Part shown: piece by piece, positions 35,895 through 46,211 of the stretch
Layout of the letters: every line of letters starts with the position of its first letter
Numbering within the stretch: the first letter of the stretch is position 1
NCBI GenBank assembly: GCA_964521295.1
Contig: CAZFRF010000001.1
Coordinates: forward strand, 705,016-769,015
Reading direction: 5' to 3'
From: an uncultured Gammaproteobacteria bacterium
GTDB taxonomy: Bacteria > Patescibacteriota > Microgenomatia > Levybacterales > UBA12049
DNA length: 64,000 nt
Program-made: the position numbers and the translations under genes
The notes under the pieces: model-generated
What the model saw: only the letters and a program-made list of their open reading frames with translations
What the model was told of the DNA's origin: nothing
The model's database searches: none

Positions 35895-36539
35895 TTGAAA
35901 ATATATTTTCGTTGTGTTACTCTTGGTTACGCAAACATGGAAGAAAATCAATTTGAAGCCTCTCCACAATTTGCATCTGCCCCAAAGAAGAAGATTAATA
36001 AAAGATTTATCTATCTTCTAGCTGCATTTGGTTTTATTGTAATAGCGATTATTGGCTATAAATTAATTGGTGGTTCAGCAAAGTCAGATAATTTTCCTCA
36101 AGAACCTGTATCATTAACCCCAACTCTCGGTGAAGCTCCTACAGATACCCCAACTCCAACTATTGAAGAAACCCCAACAACTGCTCCTACTGGTGAGCCA
36201 ACAGATACCCCAACTCCTAAAGTTACATCTGCTCCAGTTGATAACGCTTCTGGTCTTGATAGGAGCGATTTAACTATTACCGTTCAAAACGGGAGCGGAG
36301 AAGCAGGAGTAGCAGGGACTGCAAAAGATTTTTTAACGGAACTAGGTTATACAGTATCTTCAACTGCAAATGCTGATAATTATGATTATGTAAATGTATC
36401 AATAAGAATTAAAAAATCTTCCCAAGAATTTTTATCTTTGCTTAAAAAAGATTTAAATACTAAATATACAGTTGGAGATACGGCTACTGATTTGGAAGAT
36501 AGCAATTCTTCAGATGCATTGGTTATAATAGGTAAATAA
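35895..36539 (+). CDS. LytR_C (LytR cell-envelope-related attenuator C-terminal) domain protein with TM and a Pro/Thr-rich linker
   Basis: N-terminal TM, a PT-rich linker, and a C-terminal LTITVQNGSGEAGVAGTAKDFLTELGY...VNVSIRIKK LytR_C-like domain. Confidence 0.5.
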   Translation: MKIYFRCVTLGYANMEENQFEASPQFASAPKKKINKRFIYLLAAFGFIVIAIIGYKLIGGSAKSDNFPQEPVSLTPTLGEAPTDTPTPTIEETPTTAPTGEPTDTPTPKVTSAPVDNASGLDRSDLTITVQNGSGEAGVAGTAKDFLTELGYTVSSTANADNYDYVNVSIRIKKSSQEFLSLLKKDLNTKYTVGDTATDLEDSNSSDALVIIGK

Positions 36540-36979
36540 TGAAAGTTTATCTTGCATCAGACCACGCAGGATTTAAATTAAAAAATAAAGTTTTAGATTA
36601 TTTGAAATACAATAATATCTCCTTTGAAGACTGTGGTGATTTTAATCCAGAACCGGGCGATGATTACCCTTTGTTTATAGCTAAAGCAGCTGAGAAGGTG
36701 TCTCAGAGTAAAGATGCAAAAGGAATTGTTTTTGGAAAATCAGGAGCTGGAGAAGAGATTGTGGCAAACAAATTTCCAAACGTAAGAGCAGTGCTAGGGT
36801 TTAGTAAGGAAAACGTTAGGCTTGCCAGGGAAGATAATGATGCAAATGTTTTGTCTTTAGGGAGTGAATTTATAAGCGAAGGTGAAGCTTTAGAGTTGGT
36901 TGAAATATTTTTAAATACTCCATTTTCAAATCAACAAAGACACATTAGAAGAATTGAGGAAATTAAAGATTTAGAATGA
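36539..36979 (+). CDS. rpiB: Ribose-5-phosphate isomerase B
   Basis: N-terminus MKVYLASDHAGFKLK is the RpiB/LacAB family start. Length is 146 aa. Confidence 0.8.
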   Translation: MKVYLASDHAGFKLKNKVLDYLKYNNISFEDCGDFNPEPGDDYPLFIAKAAEKVSQSKDAKGIVFGKSGAGEEIVANKFPNVRAVLGFSKENVRLAREDNDANVLSLGSEFISEGEALELVEIFLNTPFSNQQRHIRRIEEIKDLE

Positions 36980-37599
36980 TAATTCCTGGAATATTAGAAA
37001 AAGAAGAAGAAGCAATTGCTGAGAAAATAAATCAAGTTAGGCATTTTGCAAAAACTTTACACATAGATTTAATCGATGGAGTATTTTCCCCACAAGCAAC
37101 ATTTCAAGATCCTCAGGCCTTTAGTAAATATAAAGAAGAATTTAATTTAGAAGTTCATTTAATGGTTAATAACCCTCTAGAATATTTAGAGTCTTTTGCG
37201 AATGCTGGATTTAGGCGTTTCATAGGCCATATTGAAATGATGCAAGATTTAGAAGAATTTATTGCAAAAGGGCAAATTTTAGGAGAAGTAGGGCTGGCTT
37301 TAGATTTAGATACAGATTTAAGTAAAATCACTGTTTCATTAGAAGATTTAGATGTAATTTTACTTATGAGTGTGAAAGCCGGAGCATCAGGTCAGGAGTT
37401 TAATAAAAGTGTTCTAGAAAAAATTAAAGCCTTAAGAGAAAAAAGCTTTATACCTATTGAGATCGATGGGGGAATAACTGATGATACTATAGTTTTAGCA
37501 AAAGAAGCTGGCGCGAATAGATTTGTAACTACAAGTTTTCTTTTTTCCCAAAATCCAACTGAAGCATTTGAAAAATTAAATCGAGCTCTTAATTCTTAA
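36976..37599 (+). CDS. rpe: Ribulose-phosphate 3-epimerase
   Basis: LHIDLIDGVFSP (HxD..DG.F.P), VHLMV, MSVKAGASGQ and IEIDGGI motifs in RPE order. Confidence 0.7.
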   Translation: MIIPGILEKEEEAIAEKINQVRHFAKTLHIDLIDGVFSPQATFQDPQAFSKYKEEFNLEVHLMVNNPLEYLESFANAGFRRFIGHIEMMQDLEEFIAKGQILGEVGLALDLDTDLSKITVSLEDLDVILLMSVKAGASGQEFNKSVLEKIKALREKSFIPIEIDGGITDDTIVLAKEAGANRFVTTSFLFSQNPTEAFEKLNRALNS

Positions 37600-39883
37600 A
37601 GCTTGCGCTTGGCGTTGCGCTGGAAATACATGAACCCTCTGTTCCTTTAATAAAGTATTCAATTCCTCCAAAGCAATTTCTAGTAACAATATTTTCAGGC
37701 ATTCGAGGTGGTACAGTATTTTGATTTGCAAGCAGATTGGTCATCAACTTATTCCAAATAGGAGCAGCGCCTGTTATTCCAGAGGCTAGATTTTGACTCA
37801 TAGGTGTGTTGTCATTATTTCCAACCCAAACCGCTACTAGATAAGAAGGCGTAAAGCCAATAGTCCAATTGTCTCTTTTGTTATCTGTAGTTCCGGTTTT
37901 AACAGATACCACTTTTCCGGGAATATTAAGTGGAGAATTTGAGCCAAACTCCATTGATCTTGCCTTATTATCAGCCAAAATATTTGCAAGAATATAGGCA
38001 ACTGATTCATCTAAAATCTTTTCACCACTTGGGTTGTTTTTTTGATATAAAACATTTCCAGAATAATCACTGACTTTAAGTAAGGGATTGACTTCGACCT
38101 TTTTACCTAAGTTGGCAATAGTTCCATATACGGTAGCCATGTCAGTCATTTTTACTTCTGCAGCGCCTAGGGTAATAGAGAGTCCGTAATTTTGTGAATC
38201 TTTCCAAGTGGTAATGCCCATTTTTTTAGCTAAATTTACCATTGTTGGTACTCCCATTTTATTTAAAAGTTTTACAGCAGGAATATTGAAGGAATTTGCA
38301 AGTGCAAGTCTTAAGGGAACTCTTCCGTGAAAGGCGCCATCATAGTTTACAGGTGAGTAAGAAGGTCCACCAGGGTTAGTAAAGGTAATGGGTGTATCTT
38401 CTAGAATTGAAGCAGCAGTGTAGCCATTAGATAAGGCTGCGGCATAAGTTATTGGTTTAATAGATGATCCAGGTTGTCTTAGAGATGTAGTTAAATTGAC
38501 AGCTCCAAAGCTAGGTTCATTATAATCTTTTGATCCCACCATGGCTAGAATGTCTCCGTTTTTGGGATTTGTAATTAAAGCTGCTCCGTTAGATATGTTT
38601 AGATTAAAGTCGTTATCGATTTCTTCTTTAACAATATCCTCAGCTACATTCTGAGTATTTAAATCAAGACTGGTGATTACATTTAAACCACCTTTTTCAA
38701 CTATGTTTAGGCCATATTTTTTAATTAGTAAGTCCTTAACATACATTACAAAATGGGGTGCATAAATTGGGGTTTGGGGTGATTCAAAGATTAATTCTTC
38801 GGTTTCAGCTTGTTCCTTTTCTTGTTTAGTAATGTATTTTAATTCATACATTTTTCTTAAAACATCTAATTGTCTTTTTTTCCATAAGTTTGGGTTTTGT
38901 CCATAAGGTGAATAGTCGCTTGGTGCTTGGGGCATTCCTGCTAGAAATGTACTTTGGGCTAGGTTTAGGTTTTTGACGGGTTTACCAAAGTATGTTTCAG
39001 CTGCAGACTCTACTCCCCAGGCAGTTCCTCCATAAGGAACTTGATTAAAATACATTTCCAAAATTTGATTTTTGGTATAAATTTTTTCTGCCCAGAAAGC
39101 TAATACAATTTCCTTAATTTTTCTTTCTATGGTAATTTCTGGTGTAAGTAGAGTTGATTTAATTAACTGTTGCGTTATTGTTGATCCTCCTTGAATTGGT
39201 TTACCAGATAAGTCGGCAATGGCTGCTCTAGTTATTGCGTTGATATCGAATCCGGGGTTTTTATAAAAATCTTTATCTTCAATAGCAATAGTTGCATCAA
39301 TTAAGTCCTGGGGAAGAGTAGATAAAGGCACTAAAGTTCTATTTTCATTAGCATAAATTTGATACAAAAGCTTACCATGACGATCATAAATCTTGGTAGT
39401 TTGAGGAATTGCCCTTTCAGATAGTTGTTTTGGGTTAGGAAGTGAGTTTAGGAAAAAGTAAATATAAACAGGAATTAAAACAAATATGAAACAAACTAGA
39501 AAACCAAAAAAGAAAAATTTAAATTTTAGTTTTAAATAGCGAGGAACAGGATAAATTGTAATTTGATTTCTTTCAATTTCTTTCTCAAGTTTAGTTTTTT
39601 TTAAGTTTTTCTTTTTCTGATTTACATTCCTTTTGAAGGACTTAAATGACAAAAATAGTCTAAAACTTGCCATTTTAGTTTTTGTATCAATAGCTTTAAT
39701 AGCATTTACAAATGCATTAATTGTGTTTTTTATTAATCTAAAAAATCCAAGTATTTTACCGAAACCAAATTTTATTATGGAAAAAATGAGGCTAAATATT
39801 AATTTTGCTAGCAAAATCACAACCTCGCCTATGGTTGATAAAACCACAAGAATGATATTCAAAATTAAGATTAAGATTTGCAT
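37589..39883 (-). CDS. Class A penicillin-binding protein (glycosyltransferase GT51 plus transpeptidase)
   Basis: GT51 motifs EDKDFY, GGSTITQQL. Transpeptidase motifs SxxK (SSIKP), KTGTT. Confidence 0.85.
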   Translation of the reverse strand: MQILILILNIILVVLSTIGEVVILLAKLIFSLIFSIIKFGFGKILGFFRLIKNTINAFVNAIKAIDTKTKMASFRLFLSFKSFKRNVNQKKKNLKKTKLEKEIERNQITIYPVPRYLKLKFKFFFFGFLVCFIFVLIPVYIYFFLNSLPNPKQLSERAIPQTTKIYDRHGKLLYQIYANENRTLVPLSTLPQDLIDATIAIEDKDFYKNPGFDINAITRAAIADLSGKPIQGGSTITQQLIKSTLLTPEITIERKIKEIVLAFWAEKIYTKNQILEMYFNQVPYGGTAWGVESAAETYFGKPVKNLNLAQSTFLAGMPQAPSDYSPYGQNPNLWKKRQLDVLRKMYELKYITKQEKEQAETEELIFESPQTPIYAPHFVMYVKDLLIKKYGLNIVEKGGLNVITSLDLNTQNVAEDIVKEEIDNDFNLNISNGAALITNPKNGDILAMVGSKDYNEPSFGAVNLTTSLRQPGSSIKPITYAAALSNGYTAASILEDTPITFTNPGGPSYSPVNYDGAFHGRVPLRLALANSFNIPAVKLLNKMGVPTMVNLAKKMGITTWKDSQNYGLSITLGAAEVKMTDMATVYGTIANLGKKVEVNPLLKVSDYSGNVLYQKNNPSGEKILDESVAYILANILADNKARSMEFGSNSPLNIPGKVVSVKTGTTDNKRDNWTIGFTPSYLVAVWVGNNDNTPMSQNLASGITGAAPIWNKLMTNLLANQNTVPPRMPENIVTRNCFGGIEYFIKGTEGSCISSATPSASFKN

Positions 39884-39943
39884 AAAAAATAATAAAACCT
39901 GAAGCTAACCTATTATACTATAGGTATAAAAAAAATTAAAGTA

Positions 39944-42154
39944 TTATTGTCCTGGGGTCGGAGAAGGCGATGGACTAGGGTGGGGGCAGGTTAAACAGTA
40001 TTGATCTCCTGTTGGATCAGTATAAATAACTTGATCTTTTTGCTCAAGATTATCGGTCTGGCCTTTTTTAGGAAGATCTTGGGTATTTTTATCAACAAAA
40101 ATTGGCGTGCTGGCAGAAGCACCTGTTTTGGGCTCACTTCCTTTAATAAAATATTCCTGCTTTGTTGGGCAAGATGAACTTGATCCAGGTGGTGGCGGGA
40201 GTAGTCCAGTGTCTGAGCAAATGGTTTTTTGAATTACATTGGCTGGTTGAGGTATGGATTCTGGGGTTTTACCCCTTAGAAGATAGGACATAATGTCATT
40301 CCAAATAGGGGCAGCGCCTGTGACTCCTGAAACAACCCCGTTCATCTGACTATTGTCGTTATTTCCCACCCAAGTTGCTACGAGTACGGATGGTGTATAG
40401 CCAATTGTCCAGTTATCGCGATAATCGTTAGTAGTGCCAGTCTTAACAGATACAATTTGACCTGGAATTCTTAATTCCGAACTAGGACCAAAGGCAGCTA
40501 ATCTTGCTCCGTTGTCAGCTAACATGTCAGAAATAATAAAAGCAACTCCATCCGGTAAAACTTTTTTACCAAAAATTGGACTTTTTGGTGCGTCATATTT
40601 TTCTAAAACTTTACCATTTTTGTCTACAATTTTAAGAACTGGATGTAGATTGACTTTGTAGCCATTATTGGCAAAAACTCCAAAGGCCTGTGCCATATCA
40701 AGCATTCTTACTTCTCCTCCTCCTAGGGTTAACGATAGGCCATAGTCAGTAGAGTTGTTGAAGGTGGTGATTCCCATCGCTGAAGCTGTTGCAATCATTG
40801 CTTTTAAGCCATTTAGTTTTAGCATTTTTACAGCTGGTATATTGAAAGAATTCCCTAGAGAAATACGCATTGAGGCTAATCCATGCCATTTACCATCATA
40901 ATTCGCAGGGCAATATTCTTTTCCTCCTTGATTAGGGAAGCAAATGGGTTGGTCTATAAAGGTTGTGGCAGCGCTGTAATTATTAATAAGTCCAACAGCA
41001 TAATTAACTGGTTTAATTGAAGATCCGGGTTGTCTAAGTGCTGTTGTAATATTTACATTACCATCAATACTTGTGTCAAAATAGTCTTTTGACCCAACCA
41101 TAGCTAAAATTTCTCCAGTTGCTGGATTGGTCACGATCGCAGCACCATTTGTAACATGATAATAATTAGGTAAAGAATTAACTTCTGCAGCAACTGAAGC
41201 TTGTGCCATATCTTGAATATCTAAATCTAGGCTGGTTGTAACCTTAAGTCCACCTTCTTCGACAACTTTTTCACCATATTTTTGAATTAATAGATCTTTA
41301 ATATATAAAACAAAATGTGGCGCCTCAATACTATTAGAGATTTTTTTATATTTTAAATTAGCGGTAGCAGCTTTTTTCTCTTGTGCAGCAGTTATATAAC
41401 CTTGTTCTCGCATGGCTTTTAAGACTTCAAGTTGCCTTCTTTTAGCCAAATCTGGTCTTGACCCAAAAGGAGAGTAATAAGTAGGAGATTGGGGAAGTCC
41501 AGCAAGAAGTGCAGATTCTTCCAAATTTAATTCTTTAGCATGTTTGCCAAAATATGTCTGAGATGCTGCCTCTATTCCGTAGGCGGGTCCACCGTAAGGA
41601 CTTTGATTTAGATACATTTCTAGAATTTGATTTTTAGAGTAAATAAATTCAGTAGCAAAAGATAATAAAATTTCTTTGGCTTTTCTAGGCAATGTCCGTT
41701 CCTGAGTTAGCAAGCTGTTTTTAACGAGTTGCTGGGTTAGAGTAGACCCTCCTTGAACTTGTTTGTGAAGAATCGTTGAAAAAAATGCTCTAGTAATTCC
41801 CCTCAGATCGATTGCGCCGTGTTGATAAAAATTTCTGTCCTCAATTGCAATTGTTGCTTGCTGCATATATTTAGGAATGGTTGAGAGCGGAATAAAGGTT
41901 TGATTCTTTTTGTCATAAATATTGTATAAAAGTTTTCCATTACGATCATAAATTAATGTTGATTGCGGAGCAGAGTTGCTGCTTAGCTTAGTAGGAAGTG
42001 GTAAGTCTTTTAAGATAAAAAAATAGAAACCTACGCAAAAAGCAATTATAAGTATTGCGAAGATTATCTTAAATTTATTGTTAACAATTGTTTTTAAATT
42101 AATTTTTGTATACGTTTTAATTGATAAATACTTAGATTTTGTTAGTTTTTCCAT
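39944..42154 (-). CDS. Class A penicillin-binding protein, second tandem paralog
   Basis: EDRNFY, GGSTLTQQL, SSIKP, KTGTTND. Confidence 0.85.
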   Translation of the reverse strand: MEKLTKSKYLSIKTYTKINLKTIVNNKFKIIFAILIIAFCVGFYFFILKDLPLPTKLSSNSAPQSTLIYDRNGKLLYNIYDKKNQTFIPLSTIPKYMQQATIAIEDRNFYQHGAIDLRGITRAFFSTILHKQVQGGSTLTQQLVKNSLLTQERTLPRKAKEILLSFATEFIYSKNQILEMYLNQSPYGGPAYGIEAASQTYFGKHAKELNLEESALLAGLPQSPTYYSPFGSRPDLAKRRQLEVLKAMREQGYITAAQEKKAATANLKYKKISNSIEAPHFVLYIKDLLIQKYGEKVVEEGGLKVTTSLDLDIQDMAQASVAAEVNSLPNYYHVTNGAAIVTNPATGEILAMVGSKDYFDTSIDGNVNITTALRQPGSSIKPVNYAVGLINNYSAATTFIDQPICFPNQGGKEYCPANYDGKWHGLASMRISLGNSFNIPAVKMLKLNGLKAMIATASAMGITTFNNSTDYGLSLTLGGGEVRMLDMAQAFGVFANNGYKVNLHPVLKIVDKNGKVLEKYDAPKSPIFGKKVLPDGVAFIISDMLADNGARLAAFGPSSELRIPGQIVSVKTGTTNDYRDNWTIGYTPSVLVATWVGNNDNSQMNGVVSGVTGAAPIWNDIMSYLLRGKTPESIPQPANVIQKTICSDTGLLPPPPGSSSSCPTKQEYFIKGSEPKTGASASTPIFVDKNTQDLPKKGQTDNLEQKDQVIYTDPTGDQYCLTCPHPSPSPSPTPGQ

Positions 42155-42201
42155 TTCTAAATAATACCATTTGAGCTATACTTAATTCAATTAAGCTAAT
42201 T

Positions 42202-43233
42202 ATGGACTTTAATTTACTAACTAACATCTTGTCTATAGGAAAATATGGTGTTAATTGGATTGATATTCTACTTATATTAATTATTCTGGTTTTTGTAGTT
42301 GAGGGTTATTTTTTGGGTTTTTTTTCGGCTTTAATAGATTTTGTTAGTTTTATTTTGTCTTTTGTTTTAGGTCTGGCTTTGTATAGCGTAATTGCTAAGC
42401 TTTTAGTTCAGTTATTAAATATTCCTCAGGGTTTTGCAAACGCAATAGGATTTTTGGTAATCGCAATTTTGTTTGAAATTTTACTTAATGTAATTTTAAA
42501 AAAAGTAGCTTTAAATATTCCCATTTTTATTAAAAATAATCCTAGAACAAATAATCTAATGTTTGTAGAGAAATTGTTGGGCACTATTCCTGGATTTTTT
42601 TCGGGTTTGGTTTTGTCAGCTTTTATTTTTAGTTTACTAATCGCTTTGCCATTTTCAGTTTTTCTAAAACATTCAGTAACAAATTCAAGGTTTGGTAGTT
42701 TAGTAGTAGCTAACACCCAGGTATTTGCCAAAAGCTTAAGTGAAGTTTTTGGTGGAGCAGTGAATGATACACTTTCTTTTTTAACAATAGAGCCCAAAAG
42801 TAATCAAGTTGTTGATTTAAAATTCAAATTAAAACCAAAAGAGATAACAATCGACAAAGAGGCTGAGAAAGAGATGCTGGTTTTAGTTAATAAGGAAAGA
42901 AAATTAAGAAATTTAAAAGAAGTTACTTTTTCTGAATCATTAACAAATTTAGCCAGAATACACTGTAAAGATATGTTTGTCAGGGGATATTTTTCTCACT
43001 ACACTCCAGAAGGATTGACTCCCTTTGATCGTATGACGCAGTATGATATTGCCTTTAATTTTGCTGGAGAAAATTTAGCGCTAGCTCCTAATACAGACTT
43101 GGCCATGCGAGGCTTAATGCAGAGTCCTGGGCACAAAGCTAATATCTTGTCCTCAGATTTTGCTAAGCTAGGAGTAGGAGTATTAGATGGTGGAATTTAT
43201 GGACAAATGTTTTGTCAGGAGTTTACAGATTAA
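42202..43233 (+). CDS. CvpA-like membrane domain fused to a C-terminal CAP/SCP (PR-1-like) domain
   Basis: Four N-terminal TM helices of CvpA type. The C-terminal portion has HYTPEG...GENLA...SPGHKANIL, characteristic of CAP domains. Confidence 0.5.
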   Translation: MDFNLLTNILSIGKYGVNWIDILLILIILVFVVEGYFLGFFSALIDFVSFILSFVLGLALYSVIAKLLVQLLNIPQGFANAIGFLVIAILFEILLNVILKKVALNIPIFIKNNPRTNNLMFVEKLLGTIPGFFSGLVLSAFIFSLLIALPFSVFLKHSVTNSRFGSLVVANTQVFAKSLSEVFGGAVNDTLSFLTIEPKSNQVVDLKFKLKPKEITIDKEAEKEMLVLVNKERKLRNLKEVTFSESLTNLARIHCKDMFVRGYFSHYTPEGLTPFDRMTQYDIAFNFAGENLALAPNTDLAMRGLMQSPGHKANILSSDFAKLGVGVLDGGIYGQMFCQEFTD

Positions 43234-44267
43234 TGAAGCTTAAAAAAATACAAGAAACAGATGTAGCTGGAAAAATTGTCTTACTCAGGGCTGATTTAGA
43301 CGTGCCGATTGAAAACGGTGATATTGTTGATGATTCAAGATTAAATGCTTGGTTTCCAACTCTTGAGTATTTAGTAAGACAAGGTGCCCAGGTTGTTGTC
43401 GCTGGTCATTTAGGAAGACCTGAGGGGGTTTACGATAAATATTCCCTAGCTCCTGTTGCGTTGTGGATTGCTAAAAAGATTAATTCTCATGCAGAGGAAG
43501 TTGACTTGGAAGGTTTTAAGGCTTGGAAGTTAGCGCAAAATGTTTTTGTTTTAGAAAATTTAAGGTTTTATAAAGAAGAAGAGGAGAATGAAGTTGAATT
43601 TAGTAAAAAACTTGCTTCTCTTGCGCAGGTTTTTGTTAACGATGCTTTTGCTTCCTCGCACAGAAAACACGCCTCAGTAGTTGGAATTACAGAGTATCTA
43701 CCTTCATTTGCAGGCTTAAGGTTAGAAAAGGAAATAGAAGAACTATCAAAAGTAATAACAAATCCTGCTAGACCCCTAACTATTATTATAGGTGGAGCAA
43801 AAATAGAGACAAAACTTCCTTTGGTTGAAAAAATGCATCGTTTTGCAGATTTAGTTGTGGTAGGTGGAGAGCTTGCTGAGAATACTAAGGTTTTAGCTAA
43901 AGTAGCTCATGAGAAAATTGAAGGGCAAAAATCTGAGTTATTAATCGGAGACTTAATTACAAACGGAAAAGATTTGACGATTGAAAGCGTAGAAAAATTT
44001 ATAGAAGCAGCTTCTAAATCTGCGACAATTGTTTGGAATGGTCCCATGGGCTTAATAGAGGCTGAAGATTATGCAGGAGCAACCCATGTTCTAGCAGAGG
44101 GTATTTCAAAGTTAAGTGCATATAAGATAGTTGGGGGAGGAGATACCGTAGCGTTTTTACAAAAACAAAATTTACTGAGTCTTTTTGATTTTGTTTCTAT
44201 TGGCGGAGGAGCGATGCTTGAGTTTTTGAGTGGAGAAACCTTGCCTGGAATAGAAGTCCTGCAATAG
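43212..44267 (+). CDS. pgk: Phosphoglycerate kinase (compact form)
   Basis: N-terminus ...GKIVLLRADLDVP and an overall PGK layout. Adjacent to gap. Confidence 0.8.
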   Translation: MSGVYRLMKLKKIQETDVAGKIVLLRADLDVPIENGDIVDDSRLNAWFPTLEYLVRQGAQVVVAGHLGRPEGVYDKYSLAPVALWIAKKINSHAEEVDLEGFKAWKLAQNVFVLENLRFYKEEEENEVEFSKKLASLAQVFVNDAFASSHRKHASVVGITEYLPSFAGLRLEKEIEELSKVITNPARPLTIIIGGAKIETKLPLVEKMHRFADLVVVGGELAENTKVLAKVAHEKIEGQKSELLIGDLITNGKDLTIESVEKFIEAASKSATIVWNGPMGLIEAEDYAGATHVLAEGISKLSAYKIVGGGDTVAFLQKQNLLSLFDFVSIGGGAMLEFLSGETLPGIEVLQ

Positions 44268-44309
44268 GCTGCTTGTTTAGATTTTAAATCCTTTGTATAC
44301 TTAAATTAT

Positions 44310-45392
44310 ATGATCCGCACTGCCATTAACGGATATGGAAGAATTGGAAGGGTTGCTCACCGAGTAATTCTTGAAAAATACCTAGATCAGGTTGAAATAG
44401 TTGCTATTAATGCTGGATCCTCTACTGATATTAAGGGATGGATGTATCTTTTAAAATATGATACTTCTTATGGTCCTATATATAGTATGGATGTTACATA
44501 TCAGGAGAAAGAAGAGAACTCTAAGTATCCTGATTTAATAGGATACCTTCTTATAGATAATAAAAAGATACCTGTGTTCTCCCAAAAAGATCCAACTCTT
44601 CTTCCCTGGAAAGATTTAAATGTGGATGTCGTAATTGAATCAACTGGGCATTTTACGAGCGAAGAAGATTTAAAAAAGCATTTGGGAGCAGGAGCAAGAT
44701 CGGTTGTTTTATCCGCGCCTGCTAAAGAGGGAAATGTGCCTACGTATGTAATTTCTGTAAACGAAAAGAAGTATCAAGGTGAAAATATTATCAACAATGC
44801 TTCATGTACGACTAATTGTATTACTCCGGTTGCTAAAGTGATTTCTGATACCTTTGGGGTGGAGAAGGCAATGATGACAACTATTCATGGTTATACCTCG
44901 GATCAGGAGCTGCAGGATGGTGGGCATAAAGATTATAGAAGAGCCCGGGCTGCCGCGCAAAACATAGTACCAACAACGACAGGCGCAACCATTGCAGCTG
45001 CTCAAGTCTTACCAGAGCTTTCAGGTTTATTTAATGGCTTATCAGTTAGGGTTCCCGTTGCTGTTGGATCTTTGTCAGATTTTACTTTTCTACTTAAAAG
45101 AGAAACAACTAAAGAAGAGGTAAACAGCGCTTTAAGAAATGCTGCTAAATTACCTGCTTTTTCAGGTATTTTAGCCGTGACAGACGACCCATTAGTATCA
45201 GCTGATATTATTGGTAGTCCATATTCTTCGATCGTTGATCTGTCTTTGACTCAGGTTGTTGGTAATATGGTAAAAATTGTGGCTTGGTATGACAATGAAT
45301 ATGGCTATGCAAATAGATTAGTGGAGGAAGTTATAATGCTTGGGCAAAGCAGGTCAGAACTTGAGCCCAAAATTGCTCCTTTATCTGCCTAA
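44310..45392 (+). CDS. gap: Glyceraldehyde-3-phosphate dehydrogenase
   Basis: INGYGRIGR NAD-binding start and the ASCTTNC catalytic Cys motif. Confidence 0.9.
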   Translation: MIRTAINGYGRIGRVAHRVILEKYLDQVEIVAINAGSSTDIKGWMYLLKYDTSYGPIYSMDVTYQEKEENSKYPDLIGYLLIDNKKIPVFSQKDPTLLPWKDLNVDVVIESTGHFTSEEDLKKHLGAGARSVVLSAPAKEGNVPTYVISVNEKKYQGENIINNASCTTNCITPVAKVISDTFGVEKAMMTTIHGYTSDQELQDGGHKDYRRARAAAQNIVPTTTGATIAAAQVLPELSGLFNGLSVRVPVAVGSLSDFTFLLKRETTKEEVNSALRNAAKLPAFSGILAVTDDPLVSADIIGSPYSSIVDLSLTQVVGNMVKIVAWYDNEYGYANRLVEEVIMLGQSRSELEPKIAPLSA

Positions 45393-45434
45393 GATTCTTC
45401 TTGAATCACTTTTGAAAAGATGTATAATGAGTGA

Positions 45435-45971
45435 GTGAAAAAGCTCTTCTTAGCCTCATTATTATTCTTTCTGCTCTTTTTAAAAAGTGAAGTTGTTGTG
45501 GCTAAGGAAGCAACTGCTTCAGCAGCTCCTGTGCGCGTAGAATATGAGCTTCCTTATCCAGGACTTCTTCCTGATAATCCTTTATATTTCTTAAAAGCTA
45601 TAAGAGATAATTTGCAGAAGTTTTTTATCTCTGACCCCTTAAGAAAAGCAGAATTCGACTTATTACAAGCAAACAAGAGACTCAAAGCGGGGGAAATATT
45701 AATAATGAAGGGTAAATTTGATTTAGGTTTTACAACTTTATCTAAAGCAGGAAATTATTTTGAAGATGGATTAGTGAAAGTTCAACTTGCAAAAAAACAA
45801 GGAAATGATGTTAATTCACTTCTTTCAGAAATGTTTACTGCAGCAAAAAAACAACAAGAAGTAATGCAAAATTTAGAAAAAAATAAAAAAGGGGATGAAT
45901 TAAGAAACTTAAGATTCTTGGAAGAACGGGCTAGAGACTTTTCAGAAAGGGTATTAATAATTAAGTCTTAA
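45435..45971 (+). CDS. Secreted hypothetical protein (178 aa)
   Basis: Signal peptide. No motif recognised. Confidence 0.3.
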   Translation: MKKLFLASLLFFLLFLKSEVVVAKEATASAAPVRVEYELPYPGLLPDNPLYFLKAIRDNLQKFFISDPLRKAEFDLLQANKRLKAGEILIMKGKFDLGFTTLSKAGNYFEDGLVKVQLAKKQGNDVNSLLSEMFTAAKKQQEVMQNLEKNKKGDELRNLRFLEERARDFSERVLIIKS

Positions 45972-46134
45972 ATATATTAATAATTTATATTTTAGAACAC
46001 ATTTTTTGTACTTATTTTTTAAGACTTTTAAGCATCTAGAATATCTTTTTTATCCTATTTTTTGGTCTTCTAAAAACGGCTAAAAAATCGAGGCTAAAAA
46101 AAATACTGACTCTTTTTGATATAGAAATTTATAG

Positions 46135-46190
46135 TTGACACCCTGTTACTAGTGCCATATGATTTTTTTGGCACTAAATATAGGGATCGA
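46135..46190 (+). promoter_or_regulatory. Putative sigma70-type promoter (TTGACA-17-TATGAT) overlapped by two NrdR-box-like palindromic elements upstream of nrdR-nrdJ
   Basis: TTGACA at 46135-46140 and TATGAT at 46158-46163. Elements TAGTGCCATATGA and GGCACTAAATATAGGG resemble the NrdR box consensus (acaCwAtATaTwGtgt). Confidence 0.4.
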
Positions 46191-46211
46191 AAAATTCAGT
46201 GCAAAAAATAT

